This document shows, one piece after another, positions 25,192-33,071 of a stretch of 41,040 bases of DNA (position 1 is the first letter of the stretch; the number at the start of each line of letters is the position of its first letter). The position numbers were made by a program, and so were the translations under genes. The notes under the pieces were generated by a model that did not search any database, was not told the DNA's origin, and saw only the letters and a list, made by a program, of their open reading frames with translations. Source of the DNA: Methylomarinum sp. (GTDB taxonomy: Bacteria; Pseudomonadota; Gammaproteobacteria; Methylococcales; Methylomonadaceae); assembly GCA_030636915.1 (NCBI GenBank), contig DAOVVZ010000001.1, positions 1 through 41,040 on the forward strand. Direction: 5' to 3'.

Positions 25192-25661
25192 AAGTTTTTA
25201 ACGTCAACGCCATTATCAGATAAGAACTTCTCTAACTCTTCTTTTCTATCAACACTAAATGTTTTCTTTTCTTCTACTTCTCGCTTATCTGCTAAACCTA
25301 AATCACGTGCAATAATGTTAGGATTAAACACGCCAAATGTAGCTCCTTCGAACTTCTGATTGTATATAATTGAATCAACTGTTTTTGTGACCTCGAAAAA
25401 ATCTTCCTTTTTCTTATAGTTTCTATACGTGTCTTCTGTCATTCCAGCATGTATACAAAAGGCGTTTAACGTATATGGTCTTTGTAGTTTCTCAGTATCA
25501 TTACTTACCGCACCTTGATAAACGATAGCCTTTTTAAAAGGGTTAGCATCTACCCATTCAAAGTATTCACAAGCTAAGTTAAATAGCTCATCTGGAGACT
25601 CAAATACTAACGGTCTTCCAACCTTAAATTTTTTTGTTTTCTTATCTTTCTTAGTGATCAT
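25188..25661 (-). CDS. terS: Terminase small subunit
   Basis: 157 aa. VGRPLVFESPDELFNLACEYFEW...RPYTLNAFCIHAGMTEDTYRNY...FGVFNPNIIARDLG matches the GRP...p..l....yf....P.t..gl....g and gp3-type packaging protein pattern. It lies directly upstream of TerL. Confidence 0.8.
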   Translation of the reverse strand: MITKKDKKTKKFKVGRPLVFESPDELFNLACEYFEWVDANPFKKAIVYQGAVSNDTEKLQRPYTLNAFCIHAGMTEDTYRNYKKKEDFFEVTKTVDSIIYNQKFEGATFGVFNPNIIARDLGLADKREVEEKKTFSVDRKEELEKFLSDNGVDVKNL

Positions 25662-25829
25662 AATTAATACTCTCTGATTAATTTATTTTTTAATGTGTTT
25701 GCAGATATAGGCAAGTTGCCAAGTAATGACAACTAAACCTATCACGATTAACCAACCTAAATATTCATGTTCGCATTGCATTATCTTAATCTCTTATAAG
25801 TTAATTAATATTTTTGTTTGAATAGGCGT

Positions 25830-26018
25830 TCATCGATTAAATATCAATACATATACAACATAAAATACCGCCAAAGAAACTATAAAGCCAATTGATTTAG
25901 ATGGCTTGTAGTTTATACCCACCATAGCAGCAAACCATTCTATTCTTAACCTCATAAATGATGAACTTGTAGCGATAACAAACACCAACAACACGATTGT
26001 AAATATTGATTCAAGCAT
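25830..26018 (-). CDS. Small membrane protein (62 aa, 2 TM)
   Basis: I prefer the start at MLESIFTIVLLVFV (ATG 26018) because GGAG lies upstream and the upstream ORF's stop is 2 nt away. The longer track ORF (to 26108) would overlap the zinc-ribbon ORF. Confidence 0.5.
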   Translation of the reverse strand: MLESIFTIVLLVFVIATSSSFMRLRIEWFAAMVGINYKPSKSIGFIVSLAVFYVVYVLIFNR

Positions 26019-26020
26019 AA

Positions 26021-26191
26021 CTAACTCCAACTTGCATTCTTTCCGCATGAGTTGTTTATCATCTTTGGTGCAGATAACTGCCTTGATGCTAGCCCTGTGC
26101 ATTTGCATTCAATAACCTTAATGTTATCTTCAACAATTTGCTCAGTTGTAGCTTTGCATTCTGCACACTTAAAATGCCTAATCTTTTTCAT
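26021..26191 (-). CDS. Small CxxC...CxC zinc-ribbon-like protein (56 aa)
   Basis: Hand-read ORF MKKIRHFKCAECKATTEQIVEDNIKVIECKCTG... It overlaps the end of 26178..26603 by 14 nt. Confidence 0.4.
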   Translation of the reverse strand: MKKIRHFKCAECKATTEQIVEDNIKVIECKCTGLASRQLSAPKMINNSCGKNASWS

Positions 26192-26603
26192 TTACTTCTC
26201 CCCGCGCCGCTATAGACATTCCGTAATAAGGAATTGAGAATTTCTTATCTAATTCTTTGTAGTTAATATCAACAGAGTTTATGAATTGCTTATCTTCTTT
26301 GCTCACCAAAGGGCGTGATGAGGTTAATTCGCCTGCATCAATTTGCCTTAGCAAGAATTGATCGAAATGCATTTTTTTAGTAGGCACACCTGAAAGCTTG
26401 GTTTTTAAACAGGTAATTTCTTTATCTTTCTGGAATATTTGATTATTTAGCTCATTACAGGCAAAGGCGAATTCATCATGCTTTTTACGCCACACTGATG
26501 ATCTTCGTTGTGATTCTTTTTCTATGTATTGATTTACTGACAGTCCATTTATTGAAATGAACTTTATTAGGAAGGTGTTTAATAATTCTTTGAAGTTCGG
26601 CAT
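26178..26603 (-). CDS. Hypothetical protein
   Basis: 141-aa ORF between the giant fibre gene and the terminase genes. No motif recognised. Confidence 0.6.
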   Translation of the reverse strand: MPNFKELLNTFLIKFISINGLSVNQYIEKESQRRSSVWRKKHDEFAFACNELNNQIFQKDKEITCLKTKLSGVPTKKMHFDQFLLRQIDAGELTSSRPLVSKEDKQFINSVDINYKELDKKFSIPYYGMSIAARGEVNEKD

Positions 26604-26688
26604 ACTCTAGGCCCTAATTAGAATCAAACTCTTATGATTCTTTTCAGGGGTTAGTATAGCACTTTTTAATAACTTTTAAAGTCCATTG

Positions 26689-29600
26689 TTAAGAAATAGT
26701 TATTGTTGCATAGCTTGTTGTTACTCCGCTTGCTCCTGCATTCCTTGTTATCTGTGGTTTTATCTGATCGCCTTTGTTAGCAACTAAAGGGATATGCTTT
26801 GAAGTGCTTGAAGATTCTGAACCAATTTCAACAAGAGCTTCAACAGGGTCGGTTAAATCAACAAAACCACTTCCTGTATCATGAACAAATTTAAACCTGA
26901 ATTCTTGCGCCCCACCTGTGCTAACTGCTGTTATATCAAGAACAGCGTTACCATCAAATGGTTCATTTCCTGTGTATTCAAAAGTTCCATTTACATCGTC
27001 AATAAGCTTCCACCTTTCAGCGTTTGAAGATTGAACAATACTTGAGCCAACCGTACCAAATACCATATCTGTGAACGTATTATTTACAATTGCCCCTGTT
27101 GCTGTTGTGTTGTTGTTAACATAGCCTGAAGCTATATAATTACTATCAACAAGGTTTGGATTTGTTATAGCAAATACATGGTTACTTTTTTGATTTAATC
27201 CTGAAGTATTCCATGTACCCGTTTTGGTAACAGTAAACGATCTGTTAATCTGAAAACTGTTAGTTAGCTGATTGTAAACTTTTGCGCCTCCATCATAATC
27301 TGTTGCTAAGTCTGTATCTATTAATAATGTATCACCATCAACAAGCGTTGTTGCTGTATCGGTTAAAGTTACACTATTAGAGTAAAAACTACCTGACTCA
27401 GTAGTTCCGAATGCAATAGATGATACTTCAAAATAACTTGTGCCATCAGTGGCTGTAATTATATGTGTTCCATTATAATTAGTGTTCACTACAAAGAACT
27501 CATTCACTACTTCTTGACCTACATAAACTGTAGGGCCAGAGATACCAAACCTAGCAATTCCACCTGAATCGGTTACGCTAACAAAAGCTTGGGGTACAAA
27601 AGAGGCATCAGTAACGGCTGTAAATGTACCTGTTACACCGTTAACTTTGAAGAATTCACCTACACCATTAACAACGCAATTATTAAGGTAGAAAGGTGAT
27701 TCGGTTGAAGGGTCGATATTAAACAATGCCGCATTAACATTATTTAACTCTGCCTCGCTGTTTACTATATAAAATAGCTCTTTAGCATCAACTACATTTA
27801 CAAACCCACCACTTGCATTTACATGTGAAAATATATTTAGAGTATCAGCGTAGGATCTATCTGTATCGCTAACATTAAAACCAGTTACCCACCCCCTAGA
27901 TACAGATCTTGTCATAAAGAAGCGCGCTGAAGTCAACTGTCCTGTATCGCTTCCCGAAATACTACCCATATTCCCGCCGTTGACATGAGTAAATATAACT
28001 GATGAAAATTGAATACCTAACGAGCCGATAATATCAACGAACGTTGCGTCATCTCCTGTTAAGAAAAATGTAATGCCGGGATAAAAAACCCTTAATGCTG
28101 CCGTTGCTGTGCTTGTAATAAATGTTCCTGTTCCCTCATAAGTAATAGAATTCACAAATGAATTATCAGAATACATTTGAACAGATTGATTAGTAATATC
28201 TATTCTATTAGTACCAAAATTTATAGGAGCTTTGAAGATATAAAGGCCGCTAGTCATATTTATAACACCGCTAATTGGTGTTGGTAAATCTGCAAGTGTT
28301 CTTACTTCTGTTACCCCTTCACTAATATCAGATAACCCTACCCATCCATCATCATTAAGGCCGCTGGTTTTATTTATAAATAAGGCGTTCTCTGTGCCCT
28401 TAGCGGCATACAAATCACCACCATTAGCCTGTACATTATTTTGTGGGCTTCTATCACCAGCATAAACCGCAAAGTTAACACCGTCTGAGCCAGAATCAAC
28501 CGACCTTAAAAGCGGAGTAGTATCGCCGCCTGACGAATTAATTTTAAATACGTTAGTCGCAACATCAAACGTTACTCCGTCACCTGTAAATAACAACTCT
28601 TGTTCTGATGTAACTTGTGATTGAAATTCAGTTGCTGTAATAGCTACGTTATTAGTTCCAACTGTACTTTTAACTGTTGAGCCAGCGTTAGAAATGATTT
28701 TACCATTTGTTGATAAACCTAAATCAAATTCACGGCATATAGTCCAACCTTGATAATAAAGCTTGTCACCCATTGGGCTTATTCTTGGTGCTTGTAATAA
28801 TGTTTCACTAAAGCCAAAATCAGTTGAACCATCGAATTCAGGGCTCGTTAAATCCCAAGGAATAGGTAATATATATTCATAAAGTTTTGCACCTGCACCT
28901 GAATCTGTAATATATAAAATTCTTCCGTTTGGACTTACAAATAAACCTGAAAGCGATAGGTTGTTTGTTGGTTCTGTTGGTGTGAATGATGTTAAATCTA
29001 ATACGGCTGTTGTTATATCCCAAGCAACAGACATATCATATTTAGTAACGTTTGTTGTACTAAGTTTAATGAATGATAGACCTGAAGGATCAAATACAAC
29101 ATCAACAATAAAACCGATAACATGATCAATTAAATGAACTGCTGTTGAAATATCCCAAGGCGTTGATAATGTGAATTCACCGATAGCAACATGAGTTTGT
29201 GCAAACATTACTAAACCATCAGGCTTAAACCATACATTAAGCGCTGAACCTGCAACTACTGCAACGTTGAAGCTTTGATTTAAAACTGCTGTTGAGACAT
29301 CCCAAGCAACAGATAAATCATACTCAAAAACATCTTCAGTTGAGCCACCCATTTGATACCATTTAAAACCATCTGCTCGCCAATATTGCCCTACCATGAA
29401 AGCGTCTTGTACTGTTGAATCAAACGATGTAGAAAAGCTCTGTGAATCCGTTCTTCCTCCTACAAGATCACCTGCTGCTGTTGCTTGTGTTGAACCATCA
29501 TTAAATAGTATTGGATCGAAAATATTATTAACTAAAGAATCTGCATAACCTTTATCTACTAAAGACCTATCTATAAACGTGCTTGAATAATCGCCAGCAT

Positions 29601-31032
29601 AAAAAGCACCTACACCGCTTAAATTATCGGATATTCTCACTCCTGAAGGTTCAACACTAATAGTAGCTGCACCACCAACACCGTCTTCATAAGCAAGTTC
29701 AATTGAATCAGATATTTGATACAAATAAGTGTCGTTAGTATTTGTTTGATTACTTGCTTGAAATAGTAAGCCAAAGTTTAGCGCATCACTCACCGTTACC
29801 GTTCTATCTGCTAAAGCTGCATCTATTGAACCATCATTTGTGTATAAAGTTTCTGATACAACTTGAGAATCAACATAAGCTTTATCAGGTATCCATCTAT
29901 CACCTTTTGCTGCAATTCCATTAACAGAATAATCAGCATGATAAAATGAACCTATTCCAGCTATGCCATCAAATATTCTTAGACCATCATTAACATTAAT
30001 ATCATAGCCAACACCCTGTGTTGAGTTATGTATTCCAGCAGATATTAAATCGTTGCTTATCTCTACTTGTCCATTAGTGAGTGCTGCACCTTCTACTGCA
30101 TCAAATAAAAGACTATTATTACCTGAACCTGAATCAATTGTAACTGTTCGCTTGGTTGTTGATACGTCTGCTGTTCCATCAGAGGAATAAATGGTATTAG
30201 CATTAACAAAAGCTTGAGAAAAAATTGAACCTGTACCAGAAGAATCTGGATTTGTACTTTTTGAAGTGGCGTAATATTCATTGTCTGTAACAGTATCGAG
30301 GTAAGTTTGACCAATAAACCAAGCTGTTGTTGTTCCATCAATCGGTGCGCCTGAACCAGATAGTGATCTAAAAGATTCCGCTTTTGCTCGACTTATCGCC
30401 CCATCACTAGGATTTATAGATAAAACATCATCACCTGAATCACTATTTATTGCAGGTAAATTACCGCCGACTGTATCACCGAGCGAATAACCAACTGTTG
30501 AATCTATTTGTATTCCATTAACTGCATCAGCATTAAAAGTTGAATTATCAGTTGGACTATATGAAGTAATATCTATTCCAACATCAGATTCAAGTTCTAT
30601 TTTATTTCCTGAAGATCCATTGATATTGTGAAGATTTAACATAAATGTTGATGTGGTTGTATAAGAATTCGCTCCACCCACTAAAGTCCTACTTGCTGTT
30701 AGTGCTTGCTCTGCTGATAAAACATCATCAATGCCACCTGTAAAATTTACAATTGGATTTTCAGGATCAGTATTATCAACAGTAATATATGTTCCTGAAT
30801 TAACACTTAAAACTGCACCAACTGAAGATATTTCAATCCAAGTTGGCGTTACATCTTTAAGCATCCAAAAAGAATCATTATCAGTTTGCCAAGCTTCTTT
30901 ACCTATTGCTGAAGAAACATAACCAGCACCAGTATTAGGATCAGTTGAACTTGTTCTTGCTGATGAATCAGAAAAAATGTATGTGATGGGCGTGTGATTA
31001 TCTCCGCCCGTTATATCTGCATGTGTAGTCAT
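26689..31032 (-). CDS. Giant multi-domain fibre / tailspike-like protein (1447 aa)
   Basis: Single uninterrupted ORF, Ser/Thr/Gly/Asn-rich. It contains two ~110-aa duplicated modules (aa ~278-501), four WD(I/V/L)(S/T)(T/S) blade-like repeats (aa ~569-731) and a beta-helix-like region (aa ~900-1150). ATGA-type overlap with the upstream gene. Confidence 0.75.
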   Translation of the reverse strand: MTTHADITGGDNHTPITYIFSDSSARTSSTDPNTGAGYVSSAIGKEAWQTDNDSFWMLKDVTPTWIEISSVGAVLSVNSGTYITVDNTDPENPIVNFTGGIDDVLSAEQALTASRTLVGGANSYTTTSTFMLNLHNINGSSGNKIELESDVGIDITSYSPTDNSTFNADAVNGIQIDSTVGYSLGDTVGGNLPAINSDSGDDVLSINPSDGAISRAKAESFRSLSGSGAPIDGTTTAWFIGQTYLDTVTDNEYYATSKSTNPDSSGTGSIFSQAFVNANTIYSSDGTADVSTTKRTVTIDSGSGNNSLLFDAVEGAALTNGQVEISNDLISAGIHNSTQGVGYDINVNDGLRIFDGIAGIGSFYHADYSVNGIAAKGDRWIPDKAYVDSQVVSETLYTNDGSIDAALADRTVTVSDALNFGLLFQASNQTNTNDTYLYQISDSIELAYEDGVGGAATISVEPSGVRISDNLSGVGAFYAGDYSSTFIDRSLVDKGYADSLVNNIFDPILFNDGSTQATAAGDLVGGRTDSQSFSTSFDSTVQDAFMVGQYWRADGFKWYQMGGSTEDVFEYDLSVAWDVSTAVLNQSFNVAVVAGSALNVWFKPDGLVMFAQTHVAIGEFTLSTPWDISTAVHLIDHVIGFIVDVVFDPSGLSFIKLSTTNVTKYDMSVAWDITTAVLDLTSFTPTEPTNNLSLSGLFVSPNGRILYITDSGAGAKLYEYILPIPWDLTSPEFDGSTDFGFSETLLQAPRISPMGDKLYYQGWTICREFDLGLSTNGKIISNAGSTVKSTVGTNNVAITATEFQSQVTSEQELLFTGDGVTFDVATNVFKINSSGGDTTPLLRSVDSGSDGVNFAVYAGDRSPQNNVQANGGDLYAAKGTENALFINKTSGLNDDGWVGLSDISEGVTEVRTLADLPTPISGVINMTSGLYIFKAPINFGTNRIDITNQSVQMYSDNSFVNSITYEGTGTFITSTATAALRVFYPGITFFLTGDDATFVDIIGSLGIQFSSVIFTHVNGGNMGSISGSDTGQLTSARFFMTRSVSRGWVTGFNVSDTDRSYADTLNIFSHVNASGGFVNVVDAKELFYIVNSEAELNNVNAALFNIDPSTESPFYLNNCVVNGVGEFFKVNGVTGTFTAVTDASFVPQAFVSVTDSGGIARFGISGPTVYVGQEVVNEFFVVNTNYNGTHIITATDGTSYFEVSSIAFGTTESGSFYSNSVTLTDTATTLVDGDTLLIDTDLATDYDGGAKVYNQLTNSFQINRSFTVTKTGTWNTSGLNQKSNHVFAITNPNLVDSNYIASGYVNNNTTATGAIVNNTFTDMVFGTVGSSIVQSSNAERWKLIDDVNGTFEYTGNEPFDGNAVLDITAVSTGGAQEFRFKFVHDTGSGFVDLTDPVEALVEIGSESSSTSKHIPLVANKGDQIKPQITRNAGASGVTTSYATITIS

Positions 31033-32153
31033 AAAGTTACAATCTCGCCTGAATTATCTGTTACTAATGTTGAAGGGAATGCTAGAGGTTGCCCAAAAGC
31101 ATTAGTAAATGAATAGCCTTGTATTGCCGTGTTTCCTGTTGTAATTATCGCTCCTGAAAGATCGCTTTTAAAAGCAAGCAGTTCTTCATTAAAAAATCTA
31201 AGTTTTGATAATACCCAATGAGTGCTTGGATTAAACAAAGAAGCCCTAACTAAAAGAAGGTTTCTTGCTGCATCTTGACTGCCTTTTGCAATCTTCATTG
31301 TTGTATAAATTTGTGTTCCTGCATCGCCCACGATAGGGTTTAAAAACTCCCAATCTAGCTCATCCCCTATCTGAAGATTTATATTTGTAAGTGCCTGCTG
31401 ATAAACTGCAATACCTGTATCATCTATCCCTGAGTAAGTGGTAAAAAATAGATAATCATCAGGGCTTATAACTTCTTCCACAACAACTACTTGAGCAAAA
31501 ACAGCAACATTTGCCACTGTTACTACTGCTTCGTCATACGTAGTTACACCGCTTGGCGCTACTGGCCCTTTAGTTTCAATTGATAGCAAATCATCTGAGA
31601 ATGTTTTTACGTGCGGTGGGAATAACCCGTCAACGCCTTGGTTTTCAACTTGTGATTGATCTTTGAATCCCGTTGAAGCATGAATATAAACTTCTTTTCT
31701 TGATACGTTTTCAAAGGAAACAATTTCACCAGCTGAAGAAATTATATGTTGTTCGCCCAATTTAAACGAATCAAGTAGAGTTACTATTTCACGTGTTGCT
31801 TCAAGCTGATTTGTCGAAGGATTGTATTTAAAGTATTTTAGAGTTAAAGCATCGTCAGGAGTTAAAAACTCAACATTCACACCATCAACAATTAAATCAG
31901 GAATGTTTAATATTTTAGTGTCAATGACAACTTCAGTTACAGTTTCGTGAATTGAAGAATCAATAAAACCATCACCCGTTGCGATAGGGTAAAAAGTATT
32001 GGTAAGGTTTAATATTGAATCAACAGCGTCTTTTTCGGCAGGAGTGTATATTTCTATTTCTTTACCACGAATGCGGAATTCATCAGCTACATTTAGCTTT
32101 GTTAGCTGTGTAAATCCTTCTTCATCAACAAAAACATCCCCGATATGCGACAT
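31029..32153 (-). CDS. Structural protein of the accessory fibre module (function unknown)
   Basis: 374-aa ORF, translationally coupled to the giant fibre gene. Confidence 0.6.
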   Translation of the reverse strand: MSHIGDVFVDEEGFTQLTKLNVADEFRIRGKEIEIYTPAEKDAVDSILNLTNTFYPIATGDGFIDSSIHETVTEVVIDTKILNIPDLIVDGVNVEFLTPDDALTLKYFKYNPSTNQLEATREIVTLLDSFKLGEQHIISSAGEIVSFENVSRKEVYIHASTGFKDQSQVENQGVDGLFPPHVKTFSDDLLSIETKGPVAPSGVTTYDEAVVTVANVAVFAQVVVVEEVISPDDYLFFTTYSGIDDTGIAVYQQALTNINLQIGDELDWEFLNPIVGDAGTQIYTTMKIAKGSQDAARNLLLVRASLFNPSTHWVLSKLRFFNEELLAFKSDLSGAIITTGNTAIQGYSFTNAFGQPLAFPSTLVTDNSGEIVTL

Positions 32154-32169
32154 AGATTAACTCCGCTTT

Positions 32170-32289
32170 GTGATGGGAGTCATTAAAAAGGTAGTGCCAC
32201 GTTTTACGGTGGCATTTTTACATGATGGGCAGATGGGGGTTAAAGGTTTGACTAGCTAGCCAAGTGCCGACCCATCACTTTCGGCTTTT
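32170..32289. other. Highly structured intergenic element inside the fibre module
   Basis: GTGATGGG (32170-32177) is complementary to CCCATCAC (32271-32278). Hairpin TGCCAC/GTGGCA (32195-32214) is followed by T5. Hairpin GCCGA/TCGGC (32266-32285) is followed by T4. GATGGG occurs three times. A CTAGCTAG palindrome lies at 32252-32259. Confidence 0.5.
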
Positions 32290-32297
32290 ACAGTATA

Positions 32298-32627
32298 CTA
32301 ACAGCTAGCTATAATTGGAACCGTTGTGTCGTAAATAGGAGGCATACTTGGACTTATTGCCGTTCCCACTCTAAAAGAATGGGTATATTCACCATCTACA
32401 CCACTAACAGTAATATCAGCAGCATCAATTGTAACCTCAAAAACTGTTCCTGAAACTGCTATTCCTGAACCTAGTGTTTTTGTAACTAGGGCCACGCAAG
32501 TTCCAGTTTCATAAAGCGACCATTCCGCTTTAGTATAATCATTTGCATCTGCTGGCGTTGTTCCATCAGATTCAAATACATCAACTTGGAATACAAAATC
32601 ACTGTTTTGCCATAATGGATCAGACAT
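32298..32627 (-). CDS. Small beta-sandwich (Ig-like) structural protein, putative
   Basis: 109 aa with an alternating beta pattern (FVFQVDVFESDGTTPADANDYTKAEWSLYE...VFEVTIDAADITVSG..GEYTHSFRV), typical of Ig-like phage accessory domains. Confidence 0.45.
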   Translation of the reverse strand: MSDPLWQNSDFVFQVDVFESDGTTPADANDYTKAEWSLYETGTCVALVTKTLGSGIAVSGTVFEVTIDAADITVSGVDGEYTHSFRVGTAISPSMPPIYDTTVPIIASC

Positions 32628-32630
32628 AAT

Positions 32631-33071
32631 TTATCCCACCGTTCCAGTAACAGAGCCACCAGCATTAACAGCGTAATCAAAATCATTATTTATAACATCA
32701 ATTGCTGTATCTGTGCCGCCTGTTAAGTCTACAACTTTGTAACCGTCATCGTTTGTTGATGTGTCGTTATATATTAATGCAGTTCTTAAGTCGGTAGGAT
32801 TTGAAGCGTTCTTTAAAATAGTTGCTAAATCCGCATAATCAAGCGTTGATACAGTACCGCTTCTTACCCATGTAACACTACTTAACGTGGTTGCTGCTGA
32901 AAAGTTTCCGCCTGTTACCTGCGTAAAATCTGCAAGTTTTGGATTGACTGTATCAATATCAATAGTCGAGTAGACATCACTCAGCCATGCTATTTTAAAA
33001 ACATCTGTTGAATTGTTATATTCACCGTTACCTGCCCTAAGCGGATAATCATTAAATTGTTTAGAAGCCAT
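32631..33071 (-). CDS. Structural protein of the accessory fibre module (function unknown)
   Basis: 146-aa ORF. ATGA-type coupling to the upstream gene (33071). Confidence 0.55.
   Translation of the reverse strand: MASKQFNDYPLRAGNGEYNNSTDVFKIAWLSDVYSTIDIDTVNPKLADFTQVTGGNFSAATTLSSVTWVRSGTVSTLDYADLATILKNASNPTDLRTALIYNDTSTNDDGYKVVDLTGGTDTAIDVINNDFDYAVNAGGSVTGTVG

Noticed and set aside
26614-26645. Inverted repeat AGAATCA-n8-TGATTCT downstream of the giant fibre gene, as a terminator
   Set aside because: The stem is AT-rich and 7 bp long with no following U-run on the minus strand. Evidence is insufficient.
7304-30922. Many 60-165-aa ORFs antisense to or nested in large structural genes: 7304..7504, 7731..8024, 9131..9628, 9837..10118, 12969..13169, 13548..13763, 16009..16194, 16244..16435, 16953..17171, 18737..18994, 20626..20832, 20630..20812, 22431..22718, 23370..23564, 23957..24151, 26052..26237, 29742..29924, 30093..30341, 30731..30922
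   Set aside because: Each lies entirely inside, or mostly overlaps, a longer ORF with recognisable function or operon context. They have low-complexity or hydrophobic 'shadow' composition and no ribosome-binding sites.
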